DNA of 64,000 nt. It comes from Octopus sinensis. Its lineage: Eukaryota. Below the pieces are notes generated by a model. The model had not been told where the DNA came from and searched no databases. It was given only the letters and a program-made list of their open reading frames with translations. Position 1 is the first letter of the stretch. Each line of letters opens with the position of its first letter. The stretch spans positions 53,878,001 to 53,942,000 of the forward strand of contig NC_043000.1 in assembly GCF_006345805.1 (NCBI RefSeq). Reading direction: 5' to 3'. A program made the translations under genes and the position numbers. Below, in pieces: positions 35,105 to 49,445 of the stretch.

Positions 35105-38100
35105 GGTTCGTTGACATCCTTTTTGTCTCGTGAGACAATGGAGTTGCGCATAAAATAGTCTAGTCCGGCTTTTACATTTCATGTCCTAATACATTTCCTG
35201 TTATGGCTGTGTTGTCCTATCCTGGACAAACACTCCCTCTGGCAGGTACCGCAAATGTAGCGAAGACTGTTCCTGGCTGGCTGTAATGTCATAGTTTCTC
35301 GTCCTTCCATTTCTTCTCTCTCTTTTTCTGTCACTCCTTTGTATTCCCTCTTTTACGGTACGTCGCCAATCTCCACGGTTGCTGGTAACTGCTTCCCAAT
35401 TGCTAATATTGATGTTGCAGGCCTTCATGTCCCTTTTGCAAACATCCTTGCAAGGTAAGAACGGTCTTCCCACAGACCTAGTAGCCCTAGAAAACCCTCC
35501 GTAGAGTATGTCCTTGGGGATTCTGCCATCTTTCATACGGCTAACATGCCCAAGCTATCTCATACGTCTTTGTGTGAGGAGTGCAAACATGCTTGGTATT
35601 TCTGCTTGCTTGAGGACATCTTTGTTGGGGCTATGATTCTGCCATTTGATGCGAAGGATTTTCCAGAGGCAGCGCAGGTGAAAGATGTTTACGCGACGCT
35701 CTTGGCGTGTGTATGGCGTCCAAGTCTCACTTCCATACTGTAGAGTGCTAAGTACACATGCCTGGTAGATCTTCATTTTCGTGGTCTTGGTCAGCTTATT
35801 GTTGTCCCATGCTCGTTTGGAGTGTTGGGCCATCGCAGCAGCTGCCTTGCCAATGCGTATATTGAGCTCAGCGTCAAGGGATAGGTTGTAGGTGATGTTA
35901 GAGCCAAGATAGGTACACTTCTCCACCTCCCGTAATCTGTGGTCTCCGATATATATGTTTGGGATGTCCGATGTAGCCTGACCCATGATGTTGGTCTTCT
36001 TGAGGCTGATAGCTAAGCCAAAGTCGCTACATGCTTGCTCAAAACAGTTGATGAGCCTTTGGAGGGCTTCTTCTGAGCGGCATCATCAGCAAATAGCATC
36101 TCCTTGATCAGGACGCTTCTGATTTTGGTCTTGGTACGCAGGCGCGAGAGATTGAACAGTTTCCCGTCACTTTTACTATTCAGAAACACTCCATCATCTG
36201 ATGTCTGAAAGGCATGTGAGAGCAAGAGCGAGTAGAAGATGCCAAATAATGTAGGAGCGAGGACACAACCTCGCTTTACCCCGTTTGTTATTTGAAAGGC
36301 GGCTGATGTTGAACCATTGTGCTGTATGGTGCCTTGCATATGATCCTGGAAAGACTTGATGATCCTCAGCAGCTTTGGTGGACATCTGATTTTGTGGAGC
36401 AAGATGAAGAGTCATTTTCTACTTACCGAGTCAAAAGCCTTTGTCGCCACTGTCAGCAGCTGACTGGATACTCTGACAGATTTCCTGCCAATACCTATTT
36501 GCACAGCGTCTGGCTGTCGGTTGGGTTTTATTTCTTGCCCTTCTGAGTTCTTCGAGTGACTTTGTAGAAGAATCACTCTTGTATTGCATCAGAGCTGCAA
36601 GCTTTGCTTCGATAACTGGTTCCAGCTCTGAGAGCCCAGCATTGAACCAGTCTGGGTTTTGCCTTTCTCTCATGCCGAAAGTATCTCTTGATGTGGTATA
36701 CAAAGCTTCCCTGATATAATCCCACCTACTTTCAGCAGAGTTGGGCAGCTACTGAGAGCAAACTTGATAGAAGCAGCAAAACATTTTCGCAGTGTAGGGT
36801 TCGAGGTTCTGGCAGTGTTAATGCGTGGTCGGCCCACTTTCTTGGAGTGATGGACTTTTTTAGGCAGAATCCTCAACCTACATCTAATTAGTGAGTGATC
36901 TGTGTCACAATCTGCGCTGTGGTAACTGCGTGTTAGTTGAACATAATTCAGAAAGGAACGTCGTGTAATGATGAGATCCAGTTGATGCCAGTGGTGAGAT
37001 CTTGGATGTCTCCAAGATGCTTTGTGGGATGGCTTGTTGACAAAGAATATGTTTGTCATGCACATGTTATGGTATGTGAAAAATTCAAGTAGTCTCTGAC
37101 CATTGTCATTCATGTTGCCAATACCAAAGTGTCCAACGAAAATGGGCCACAAATCATGGTCAGATAACACGCTAGCTTTAAAATCCCCTAGAAAGTAGAT
37201 GTTTTCATTTGTTGGTATATTTTTAATGACACAGTTGAGATCTTTGTAGAACTGGTCCTTGGTCTCCTCTGAGCTGTAGAGAGTGGGAGCATAGATGCTC
37301 AGTAGATGTGCTGAGTCAGAAGACGTCGAGAAGCGCAGTGAGAGGATACGCTCAGTGCCTCCTAATGGTGGTTATATTGAGGAGAGTAATGAGTTCCTCA
37401 CTGCAAAGCCAACGCCATGCTGACGAGGTTCTTCAGGATCGCTTCCCTGTCAAAAGAAGGTGAAATCCTGTTCTTTGAGTTTGGCGTTTGAGGGGAGTCT
37501 TGTCTCCTGCAGGACAGCAATGTCTATGTTAAGCCACTTTAGTTCACGGTCAATGATGACCATTTTTCTTGTGTCTTCAACCCTGAGTAGATCATCAGAT
37601 ACTCCAGGGCACATGGTCCTGACATTCCAGCTTGCTAACCGCAGGACTGGTGGTTTCTTGTCATTTAGTTGTTTGCCTGGAGCAGAGGTTGCAGGCCGCT
37701 TTTCAAGTCAAACTCTTAGCTCCAAGCACCCAATGAAGCAGGCGGCCCGTGGCGGGTCAGCACCTTATTAACTGGGGGCTGCCCAGCTTGAGGTGGGCAG
37801 TAGCTAACCAATAGGACAGGGCGGTTACTCCCATTGTCAGAGGTAACCCATAGCGCCCATATTTTACGCCAATCTGAATGGACTTATCACTCGTGACTGT
37901 TACCTCCCGTGTTTTTTCTGTCGCTTTTTACAGCAGCACTGAAGTGTCATCTCCAGTTTTGTGCAGGCCTGGGCCAGAAATAAGAAAGTCCTGGGTAGCC
38001 CAATCGTCAGGATCCTTCTCTCGACCTTGCTGATGTAGTCCAAAGGAGTGCAGAGCATTACGCTTGGCACCAGCTTGGTTGCAGGAGCTGCAGGAAGAGT

Positions 38101-38270
38101 GTCGAGTCGAACACTAAACTGCCTTCGGGGCTCCACTCCGGATTTCTTTGAAGGTTGTCTCCTTTCCGTAACCCTGGATAGGGGCCCATACCGGGTACTG
38201 TCAGCCGGAGCCAGCTGAGCCCGGAACTCGTGTCAGGCAGGGTCGTCAATCCCTGAAGTAGTGAAGAAGT
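35105..38270 (-). mobile_element. Near full-span RTE/BovB-like LINE, degenerate, with internal RT deletion
   Basis: APE: LASWNVRTM, IDIAVLQETRL, GNMNDNGQRLLEF, HPRSHHWHQLDLII, DCDTDHSL; RT: TKAFDSVSR, GVKRGCVLAPTLF, LFADD; C-terminal MKDGRIPKDILYG...GRP...KDVCKRDMK; long 5' UTR. Confidence 0.93.
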
Positions 38271-38293
38271 TAGCTACCTACCACCTTTATATA

Positions 38294-38377
<84 letters not shown>

Positions 38378-39440
38378 GTAGGGAGGCAATATTACGACAC
38401 CTTTCTACGCTTCGAGATCCGCTGTAAAAAAAGGGAAATATCTTGCTTTGTCTCCAGAATTTATAGAATTCTTATGACGTCAACAATATACACATGGGTG
38501 TGTGTGTGTGTGCATGCACATTAGAGGCTAGATTATATGTTTTCCTGTGTAAGAGCTGGAATAGAGCTAAAGAATGTGAGAAATGGAGATAGTAAACAAG
38601 CAATAATAGAAAAAATGGTAAGAAGCAGCTGCCAACTTTGCTCTTAATGTTTATACCTGGCTGGTGATTGAAACTCTGATATGTGCTTTCAGTTGAAATC
38701 ATTCCAGAATGATTGGCCTAATGTTAGTGTTAGAGCATCTCAGGTATTAGATCACCATTTCTTTGTGACAATAACTTACTATATATATAAATAATCAGTA
38801 CCTGTGCAACACTTCAGTATTTTCTAGTTCTCAATATGAAACCTAGTCTTTGAGTTGCAGTATTACAATGTCTCCATGAGATACCATCAGAATTTTTCAG
38901 ACTTGATGTTCATAGTAATTTCTAATTGATATCAAAATAGTAGACGTCATTTCATTTTTACCACATAAACCTATCAATGATATATCTGTCGGGTATTGAA
39001 TGTCTGGAACTTCACTGGCTTCAAACAATGTCTAACATTTAACTGAATGTCACTGTCTGACTATTTCTTTCAGAATTCCATCATAAGAACTACGATGTCT
39101 ATGTATATATGATACCATTCATATTTACGTGATATGTTTAGTTCGAACAGGCGTGAGAGGTTCATGGATGTCGCTTTTCCTGATAGAAATACCAAATAAG
39201 TATTTTTACATAATGTTTTAAGGTACGTAAAATTTTGGATAAAACTCTCTTTCAAAGAATGACGACATAGCAGAGATTTTAAAATATGTGAATCAAAGCT
39301 TACATTTCTCTGAGACACAAACAAAATAAATTTCACATGGTATTTTCTCTAAAATAGAACGAAGAACAAAAGAACCAACAGAAAAATTACAAGTAAGCTA
39401 ATACCATAATCAGAACAACAGCAAAAATGCATGAGCAAGA

Positions 39441-39828
39441 GAGGGGAAGCACTCCGTCGGTTACGACGTCGAGGGTTCCGGTTGATCCGAATCAACGGAA
39501 CAGCCTGCTCGTGAAATTAACGTGTAAGTGGCTGAGCACTCCACAGACACGTGTACCCGTAACGTAGTTCTCGGGGATATTCAGCGTGACACAGAGAGTG
39601 ACAAGCCGGGCCTTTGAAATACAGGTACAACAGAAACAGGAAGTAAGAGTGAGAGAAAGTTGTGGTGAAAGAGTGCAGCAGGGATCACCACCATCCCCTG
39701 CCGGAGCCTCGTGGAGCTTTAGGTGTTTTCGCTCAATAAACACACACAACGCCCGGTCTGGGAATCGAAACCGCGATCCTATGACCGCGAGTCCGCTGCC
39801 CTAACCACTGGGCCATTGCGCCTCCACT
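39441..39828 (-). mobile_element. Full-length, young tRNA-derived SINE with TSD
   Basis: Head GGAGGCGCAATGGCCCAGTGGTTAGGGC (A box) ... GGTTTCGATTCCC (B box); 13-bp TSD TGCATGAGCAAGA at 39428-39440 and 39829-39841. Confidence 0.92.
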
Positions 39829-42800
39829 TGCATGAGCAAGAACCTAAATCATAACAAAGGAAATACAAGAACGACATAACAATTGCCGCAAAACCTGGCA
39901 AAATTTGTGACTTAACCTTTGCACAGGTTAAGGCGTATAAGAGTAAATCTGGAAAGAAAATCATTATCAAAACTACAGCGCAAACAAAAGCAACTACAAT
40001 ACAAATTGCAGCAACTGCACACGATCAGTTCCACATGCTGTTAAACGAAATAAGCAACTCGACTTAAGAGATCTGAAAGAAGTTGTAAGCGAAGTATATT
40101 CCGATTGACAATGCCTCTTTGCTCAACGAATTCATCCCGAATTATATGAGGTGGAAGCTAATGCACTGCGGTTTTCAAAAATGCATGGGGTCTCTGATAT
40201 AAGAACACCAGGGGATAGTTAGATAAGATCATTTTACATGTGTTCCGGAACGTGCGGTTCATCAGCCTTGCAAGGACATATGGAAAGCCGCACCTATATT
40301 TTACGATTGCAGGTTACGATTGCGGGCTCATTTTCTTCGATTATGGGCTTCGATACTCTAGAATATTTTTCTGCAAGTGTATTTTGATTTTGCTTCCTCT
40401 GTCTAGTCTTTATGAATAAACACACAGGCAGACCAACAAGACATGCACAGACAGACAGACAGACATACCCCCCCAACACACACATACGCACACGGATTTA
40501 CATATATATATATATGAAAAATTGTGATCAGTAATTTCGGTCTGAATTATACACTTACAAAGGAGTTAAAAAAGAAAATAATGTATACAAATTAAAACGA
40601 AATGCACTCGTTGGATAAAAGAATAACATTTTTGCAGTTATTTTGACAATGGCAAATGTTAATAACAACCTTACAAATTCCCAGTCAATGTATAAAGATG
40701 GTGCCTTTTTCAACTATTGACAACTACCACAGAAATTTCTGAGGCTATGTTAACTGTCAACCAGCTTTTCTGAGTGCATTCATTTCAGCTTCTTTCCAAC
40801 TTGCATCACTCACAACAATATGAAATGGAGAATAACATTCTATATTTTATGCAATGTTGTCGTTGATAGTTTGTATATGTATAATTTTTACTCACACAGA
40901 TATGCACAGATATACATACTGACGGCCATGTATATAACTACGGTTTTTCTAATACGTTGACATTTACATAAATGAATTCACACACAGAAATCTATACACA
41001 TGTACACACCCGTACACGCGTACACGTGCACCGACACAATTATTAAACCACAGATACATACGCATGCACATACCAAAATACCTGTAACGTAATTAGATAC
41101 TAACATACACTTATTTATAAAGTGCGTTTATCGGTGTAAATATATGATGTGTCGTGCATGTTATATGTTTTGTAGTCTCATATACCATAGACTTTGTAAT
41201 TAGATCTATACTCACGTGTAGACATTCATATGTGCACACAAATATATGCCTGAAGAATACTATCATATATATCATGAAAAATACTACCATATTCTATGAA
41301 GGAATACATTGAGAAACATCTTAACCCATTCTTACAAATGTGCTAGGATGTTTAACTGCTATATTTCTTATATATATTGTTGTCGATGTACTTAGCATGA
41401 GTGATATAGCATTCGATGTTCTGACCTAGAAAATACAAAATTGACAGTACAAGTACATTAAATCTCTTATGTTCTTAGGTGTACGTCCTTCATATTAGTC
41501 TAGTTTTGAAATTCTAGCAATTGAATTCAGGATTCCGTAGTTAAAGAAAAAAAATCTATATGTACATATGCTTTACGTTCAAAATCAGTTCAATAAATGC
41601 TGTGGATATTGGAATCTTGCCATAATTATATCTAATATTTACCTTTAGGAAGTTCATGTCTTTATTGGTTGATGGTAAACATCTCTGGTGTCTGACTGGG
41701 ATGAAGACAGTAAAGTCTTTGCCAATGATTTTAAAAGAATTATTTCTAGAATAAGGAATTAGCTTGAATGTATTTAACTGAAATAATTTATATCAAATTA
41801 GAAAGTACAGAATACTAAAATTAACAGTGTACTGCAAATGATAAATACTGTAAAGAGATAAGCGTTTATGAAGTTTTATACATTTTCTTGGATAAAATCA
41901 ATTTGCACAGTTAAGAAACATATCAAACGCAGAAAAAGGTGTGCTGTCGTCAATGGTCTTCTGTACGCCAATAACTCAATGCAGAAATACATGTATAGAT
42001 CACACACACAGAAAACCCCTAGGGACAAAATAACGTTGTATGGTAGTCCCTGCGGCGAAAGAAGACGATCGCTTTCTGCTAGCAGTATAAACAAGAGTGT
42101 TTATATGTCCCACAAGTCCATATTAAATAATACAGCATCTTGTGTTTTAAGACAAACCCAACTTTTAAGTGGTGATAAATATGAGGTTTTTGTATTTAAT
42201 ACTGCTTCTGTCACTATTAATTATGTTTTGATAAGCCCACTAGCTATTTGCGGCACAAGTGCCGGAATAGGCACTGAGAATCTATGTATATCACTGACGG
42301 AGGAATCGCTCATATTTGTAGTCAGGGGCGCCTGCCATCGGCAAGGCTAAAGAAGGCCGAAATGACGTGATCTGGTAATCACGGCTGCGAAAGCAGACAA
42401 TTATCCCCTGCTAGCAATATATACATCAGTGCTTAAATGCACCGCAACTCCATATGAGAGGTTCGGTCATACTAAATAATACCGTACTCAGTGTTTAAAT
42501 TCTACATCCACTTTTAAGCGGGATTAAATTACTTTTAGCTATCAATTCCGCTTCTGTTTCTATTATATATTTAAAAAAAAACTTGACTACTCCTTGAAAA
42601 GGTCTAAACTCTAAGAATCCAATCTCTGAATCGGGATAAAATTAATTCCTCAGATCAAGAGTTGGCTATAAGGAATTTATAGGTAGAGTTTCCTATAAAC
42701 ATTAAAGGATGCAGAGACACGTATAGATGACATTAAATCATTTATAGCATTTACACAAGATGTAATATGAACATAAACATAACTCTAACCCTCGAAAGAA

Positions 42801-44973
42801 AATATGTTTCTAGGTAGTTCTTTACAGCTCTTTCAAACATCCAGGGATGGTATGAGGTAGTAATGCGTGTTACGCAAAGAGATGTGCATACTGTTACAGT
42901 AATAGTTACAAAATGAGTTGATTTGTTTATGAATACATAAGCGTGAATCATTGAACCAAGCCAGAATTATTGAACTGCCTAACTTTTTCTTCGTAAATAT
43001 GCGTATCAAAAACATGACTTATCTAGTGGTAGAGTATTATTTAAGGGCTTAAGTACATCATTAAAAAACACGAAGAAAATGGAGATTAGTGATGGCGAAA
43101 TCAAAATGTTGATTAAACAAAGGTCTGAGATATATTGCGATAAGATGTAAGCAATGTGAAAGGGAATACAAGGGCTGTAAATATAGAAGAAGAATAAAGT
43201 AAAGAAAGAAGAATATATAGTAAAAAATTGAAAGAGTTATACTCAGAATCAACCGTGTAGAGGCAAGTCATAAATCATAGCTTTGAGGAAGGCTTATGAA
43301 AAGCCAAATAGTAAGCCTAATTCATCAAAGGGAAAGGAACTAATTACACGCACACACAAACACACATGTATGTATGTATTTACGTATATATGTATGTAAA
43401 ATCGCTAATTTTATACACATTGGCATACATATGTATAGATAACATATAACTATACGCACATGTGTCCCTGTGCAGCTATGTAAAATATGAGAATGGTTTT
43501 AGAGCGGGGATACGCTAAAATAGAGGGGTGGGAATAGGCTTTATCGTGGCTATGCGGAATAAATGTGAGAAAAGCGTCATACATTAGACCAAAAAACATA
43601 CATATATAGAATGATTGACTGAAAGTGCAGAGGAAGATAGATAATCGCTCATGGGCATAATTTTACTGCAAAATCGAATACATTTTTGGATATGAATAGT
43701 CATAAATATGCAGGTAATATATATTACATACATATGCACACCTAACCAAACAACCACCTACACACATACACTCACACACAAACACAACACACACATAATT
43801 TTACAAAATTCTTTCAAAGAAATATAAGGAAAATTATGAAACAATAAATTATTCTCAAGATCCTATCTTCACCAAATTCCCAGAGGTTCTTAAAATGGAA
43901 ATTATTAAATCGTGGTAAAGTGGTATTTATATCTTATTTTATTCATTTGTTTGTTCATTTTTAAGAATAAAATTTCCGAAAAGGCAAAATAGATTAAACG
44001 TTGGAATTTATTTAGGTTTATAGAATCTCATCTAGTATATCTCATGAAATATCTATTTTCTGAGATCATATAAATAATTAAATTTCTTTGGAGGAACGAA
44101 AATAAAAAATTCAGCCAGGATAAGATTTTTCCAAAACTCCTTTGATGATTGAATATAAACCCAGTCTTTGAAATATATTTGATTAATATTTTCTAAAATG
44201 AGAGGTTAAACCTTCAAACTGCGAATATTTTTAAAAGAAATAAAAATAGTATTTGCGTAAAAATGTATAATTTATTTTTCAAAATTGCAAACTAAAGTAA
44301 TCCAGTACATGTATGATATATGTAAATAAAATTTATCTGTTTATATTTATTTATCGGATTACCAGTTGGTTGAATTCACACGCAGCTGAACTCTTAAAAG
44401 TTTGTGTAATCTCACTGTACGTACCAGATATTTTTGCTGGTACAGATCCCTAAAAGATTACTATTATGGTATATACAACACATCATAGTAATGAATAAAT
44501 CTATAATGTGGTTTTTGTTCACCGCAGTGTAACCCTACAATTGTAATGCACAATATTTCCCTTACTCAAATCAGCAAGATTCGAAATTATATACATGCTT
44601 ATTCAAGGAAAGCTGTATAATCAACGACCGTTATTCAATGGTTAAAGCTCCGGTTGGAGTTATGTTGACAGAAAAGATAAAATTAGTGAAGCAGCATTTG
44701 GTAAATTATAACAGGCAATTATTGCATCCATACCAAACGCGCAGCCAAAATTTAGTAAGAATGTGATCAGATGTATACCGATAATGATCTCCTGTATTTT
44801 ATTCTCCAATCAATGTATTTAGACCTTCATTATCGAATGATCTCATTTAATATTTAAGAATGTGGAGGCCTCAAAACTAAGTATTAGATTATTAATATTT
44901 ATCTCAATAACAGTGCAGACAGCGGTAGAAAAGCGTTCATTAATTTTATCAAGGTTGATAGGGAGATAAAAAA

Positions 44974-45413
44974 CGGTGAGCTGGCAGAATCATTAACACG
45001 TTAAGTAAGACGCTTAGCGGCATTTTACTCGTCTTTACGTTCAAAGTTCCACTTCTGAGGTCGACTTTGCCTTTCATCCTTTCGGGTTCGATAAGAAAGT
45101 TCCAGTTCAACACCGGGGCCGATGTATTCGACTGACTTTGCTGGTCAGTCGAATTTTGTGCTAAAATTTTAAATCAATATTTATAGGGAGATAAGGCACC
45201 TAGCTGGCAGAATTGTTAGCAATCCGGAAAATTTGCTTAGTGAGATTTCGACCGTCTATACGTTTTAAAATCATATACCGCGTGGCGGACTTTTGCTTTT
45301 CATCCTTTTGGAGTCAATAATATGAGCACCAGTTTGAGTACTGGAGTCGGTGTAATTGACTAAACTCCTGCCCCGAAATTGCCGGCCTTGTGTCGCAATT
45401 CGAAACCAATATT
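44974..45413 (+). mobile_element. Two tandem SINE copies
   Basis: GAGCTGGCAGAATCATTAAC / TAGCTGGCAGAATTGTTAGC heads, each followed by GACTTTGCCTTTCATCCTTT-like cores. Confidence 0.75.
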
Positions 45414-46029
45414 TATACAGAAATATATGCAGAAATTATTGCATATTGCATTATCTGTATAGGTCATATTTGGTTGTTGGCAAATGGTGGTCAGACATCA
45501 GTTAAGCTTCTATATTCGGAACGCTTCAAAGTTGTTCAAACGCATTCGTTGTTTATATAGAAGCAACTTATTCATCTAATATGAAATATATTCGTAGAAT
45601 ATTTATAAGTTATCTACTCATACATGAGTATTTGAAAACAACATTGAAACAGCAAATTCGTGTCTATATAGATTTCTCCTCTTCCTCTTACTTGTTAGAA
45701 TATTCTTCATCTCAGGCACATCGATATGAAATAAAAGATGAACTGAAGGAGTGTAATCGATTGAACTAACCTCGGTTCATAATATATTGGTAAAACAGGT
45801 AAAAGTTGCTGAAGTAGACTTAGACTCAGAAGAAGTGAGAATGAGACTAATATTATATGCCAACGAGTCTAGCACTCTAAGTCTTCCTTGTTTACTGAAC
45901 AAAAACTTACGTTGAACTCGATAAATCAAAGACAATAGCGTAAATACAGATACATAATGACAAAACTAGAAGCCACCACAAACCATTAGTAGTAGTTCAA
46001 ATCAGCTTTAATATTCCCTCTAATCGCAA

Positions 46030-46049
46030 TCTATCTATCTATCTATCCG

Positions 46050-46136
<87 letters not shown>

Positions 46137-46200
46137 CTCTCTCTCTCTCTCTCTCTATCTATATATCTATCTATCTATCAACCTATCTATCTAGTTATGT
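46030..46200. repeat. (ATCT)n tetranucleotide microsatellite
   Basis: Direct reading. Confidence 0.95.
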
Positions 46201-46219
46201 CTGTCTATATACATATATA

Positions 46220-47549
<1,330 letters not shown>

Positions 47550-47691
47550 TGTGTGTGTATGCATGTATGCGTGTGTGTGTATTGAGAGAAAGGTTGTTCT
47601 CAAAAAGATAAGATTAAGAAACACTTTTCAGTGAGTATAATAGTATAAATCTTTAGAAGGAATTTAACAAATTCTGTATAAGCATTAATAT

Positions 47692-47731
47692 ACGTGCAAG
47701 CGCTTTCAGTTATCAAAGTCATCAGGCACGT
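47692..47731 (-). ncRNA. Minimal hammerhead, canonical core, weak stem II
   Basis: ACGUGC CUGAUGA CUUUGAUAACU GAAA GCGC UU GCACGU; 6-bp stem I, AGCGCU palindrome. Confidence 0.7.
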
Positions 47732-48057
47732 GTTATAGCTACTGTTTATAAGGGAATTTTTTCAGGTAAAGTTGTTGATTATTTTCAGTTTAATTTCAGA
47801 TTCAGAAACCTCATAAAATATTCTTTTGCTTTTCGATGTAGGTCGTTTTCTTCATTTATTTTATAAAATGGGAATATTATGCATTTTCCTTGTGCGCAGG
47901 TGCCTCAGTCCGCGCGGCATAGTATGTATCTAAGTGAGGGATATTTTCCTTGGTGTTTGCGCACATTTACTCGGCTGGTTAATTTGGCTTTTGCTTAAAC
48001 CTGAAATAATCAACAACTTTACCTTAAACAACTTCCGCTGTATACGATATACATAAC

Positions 48058-48097
48058 ACGTGCTTGATAACGTTCAGAACTGAAAGCGCTTGCACAT
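48058..48097 (+). ncRNA. Degenerate minimal hammerhead
   Basis: ACGTGC TTGATAA CGTTCAGAACT GAAA GCGC TT GCACAT; two transitions in the core. Confidence 0.55.
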
Positions 48098-48196
48098 TTA
48101 TTAACGCCTACACAAAATTTGTGAAGTTCTTTCCTAAAGGTTAGTACCATTCTACTCTCTAAAAAGTTATTTTTTATTAATCTTACTTTTTTGGTA

Positions 48197-48826
48197 TGTG
48201 GTCTGATCAATAAGTATCTCGGCTATCCTTATAGTAACTAAGCTAAAGCACGTAGTGTAAAGCCGCTTGGTACAGATTGAACTTGAACTCTGCGCACTAA
48301 GTTTTAACGCTCTAACTCACTTCTGGTGTTTACAGCAGTACATGGAGGGAATATGTGTAACATGTGATGGTCGCATTGATTAGGATAGAAAAGCTGCATC
48401 AAATTTTACCAAATGCTTGGCGATACCTGCTCAGAGGCCTACATAAAGGTTTCAAAACGTTTTCATCGTTCTCGCCAGAATCAAGGAGATATTGTGCAAC
48501 TGAGACCCAAGTGTATTTTTTATCAGCTGAAAGCAATCTCGGCCCAAACTTTGCAGACACAAGACTCATGCCCAAATCTTCAGTGATAATTGGCTGAAGT
48601 GGACCGTAACTAATCTGCACATCCTCAATTAACACATCGATGAGAATTCCACGATTTCCCATCATAGCTGTACGCACATCTGCGATGTTTCTCTTATGCT
48701 GGTGGGCGGTCTCCCAGAACTTTCGTCACTGTCGATATTTTTTTACAATCTTGAAAACCTCTGAACATACTGCATACTTGTATGGCGCTCATACACTCCT
48801 CTCCATAACTTTCTGCAACTTTTCTT
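48197..48826. mobile_element. Truncated mariner with internal inversion
   Basis: TIR-like TGTGGTCTGATCAATAAGTATC; + strand transposase start to GATACCTGCTCAGAGGCCTAC (48442); the continuation (KVAESYGEECMS...SDESSGRP...IITEDLGMSLVSAKFGPRLLS...ENDENVL) is on the - strand. Confidence 0.8.
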
Positions 48827-49299
48827 AAGGCTGCGAACAGGAATCACTATGGCAACTTTCTCTGTCATATTATATATATATATATATATATATATACGTT
48901 TCGTGATGTCCTATGCCCACATAACTCTATCTTCTTTACTCCTCCTCCTTTGCACACGTGGCTCAAATGTGACCATTGGCCATCTTTCTTTCTTCTCCTA
49001 ACCTGTGTTTCTATCTTTCTCTCCATAGTAGCTGGAACAATGAAGACTTCTTCTTGTCTGTACGCGTTCGCCACCACAATCTCGTTGAGTCTTAGCAGCC
49101 CTTCCTGTTTGTTTTTACTCTTCTGCTTGTGTTGCCAATGTTGACCCACCGCAAATCCCAAATTTTATTTAATTTGCTTTGCGGGAGCAAATGTTTTATC
49201 GAAAGTACATATATTATTTATAAAGTTAATGTTATATGATTGAACGCGACGCATCCTCTTACAAGTATATATATTTATATGTGTATATGTATATATATA

Positions 49300-49445
49300 T
49301 ATATACCAGAATAAGCACAGAAATGCGAAACAAGGTGGAAAGAATATTACTCGAATACCAGAAGTAGAGCAATATGCTTTATTAAAAAGCAGCAATTATA
49401 TCACAAAATCTGTTACTCAGTTTCACGTTCCCGTTTTCCGGATAG
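49300..49445 (-). mobile_element. pLTR fragment of the 15500-15685 family with decayed hammerhead (49410-49445)
   Basis: GAAACAAGGTGGAAA, TACCAGAAGTAGAGCAATATGCTTTATT shared; minus strand CCGGAAA ACG-GGAA-CGU GAAA CUGAG UA ACAG. Confidence 0.7.

Larger units (their letters stand above)
47602..48192 (-). mobile_element. Older fold-back Penelope-like element: pLTR (47602-47793), EN C-terminus (minus), inverted pLTR (47995-48192)
   Basis: AGGTAAAGTTGTTGATTATTTTCAGTTTAA vs TTAAACCTGAAATAATCAACAACTTTACCT; loop 47785-47880 (-) IIFPFYKINEENDLHRKAKEYFMRFLNLKLN*, like the EN ends at 6000-6129 and 61481-61600. Confidence 0.8.

Noticed and set aside
39760-39828. tRNA gene
   Set aside because: It is the tRNA-like head of a TSD-bounded SINE
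41243-41291. CTGAAGA…GAAA…TA with ATATG/CATAT flanks
   Set aside because: Stems II and III do not pair; low-complexity sequence
41868-42350. 160-aa ORF (+) and overlapping 72-aa ORF (-)
   Set aside because: No recognisable domain or convincing splice context; the GC-richer block 42200-42550 could be regulatory, but nothing specific supports it
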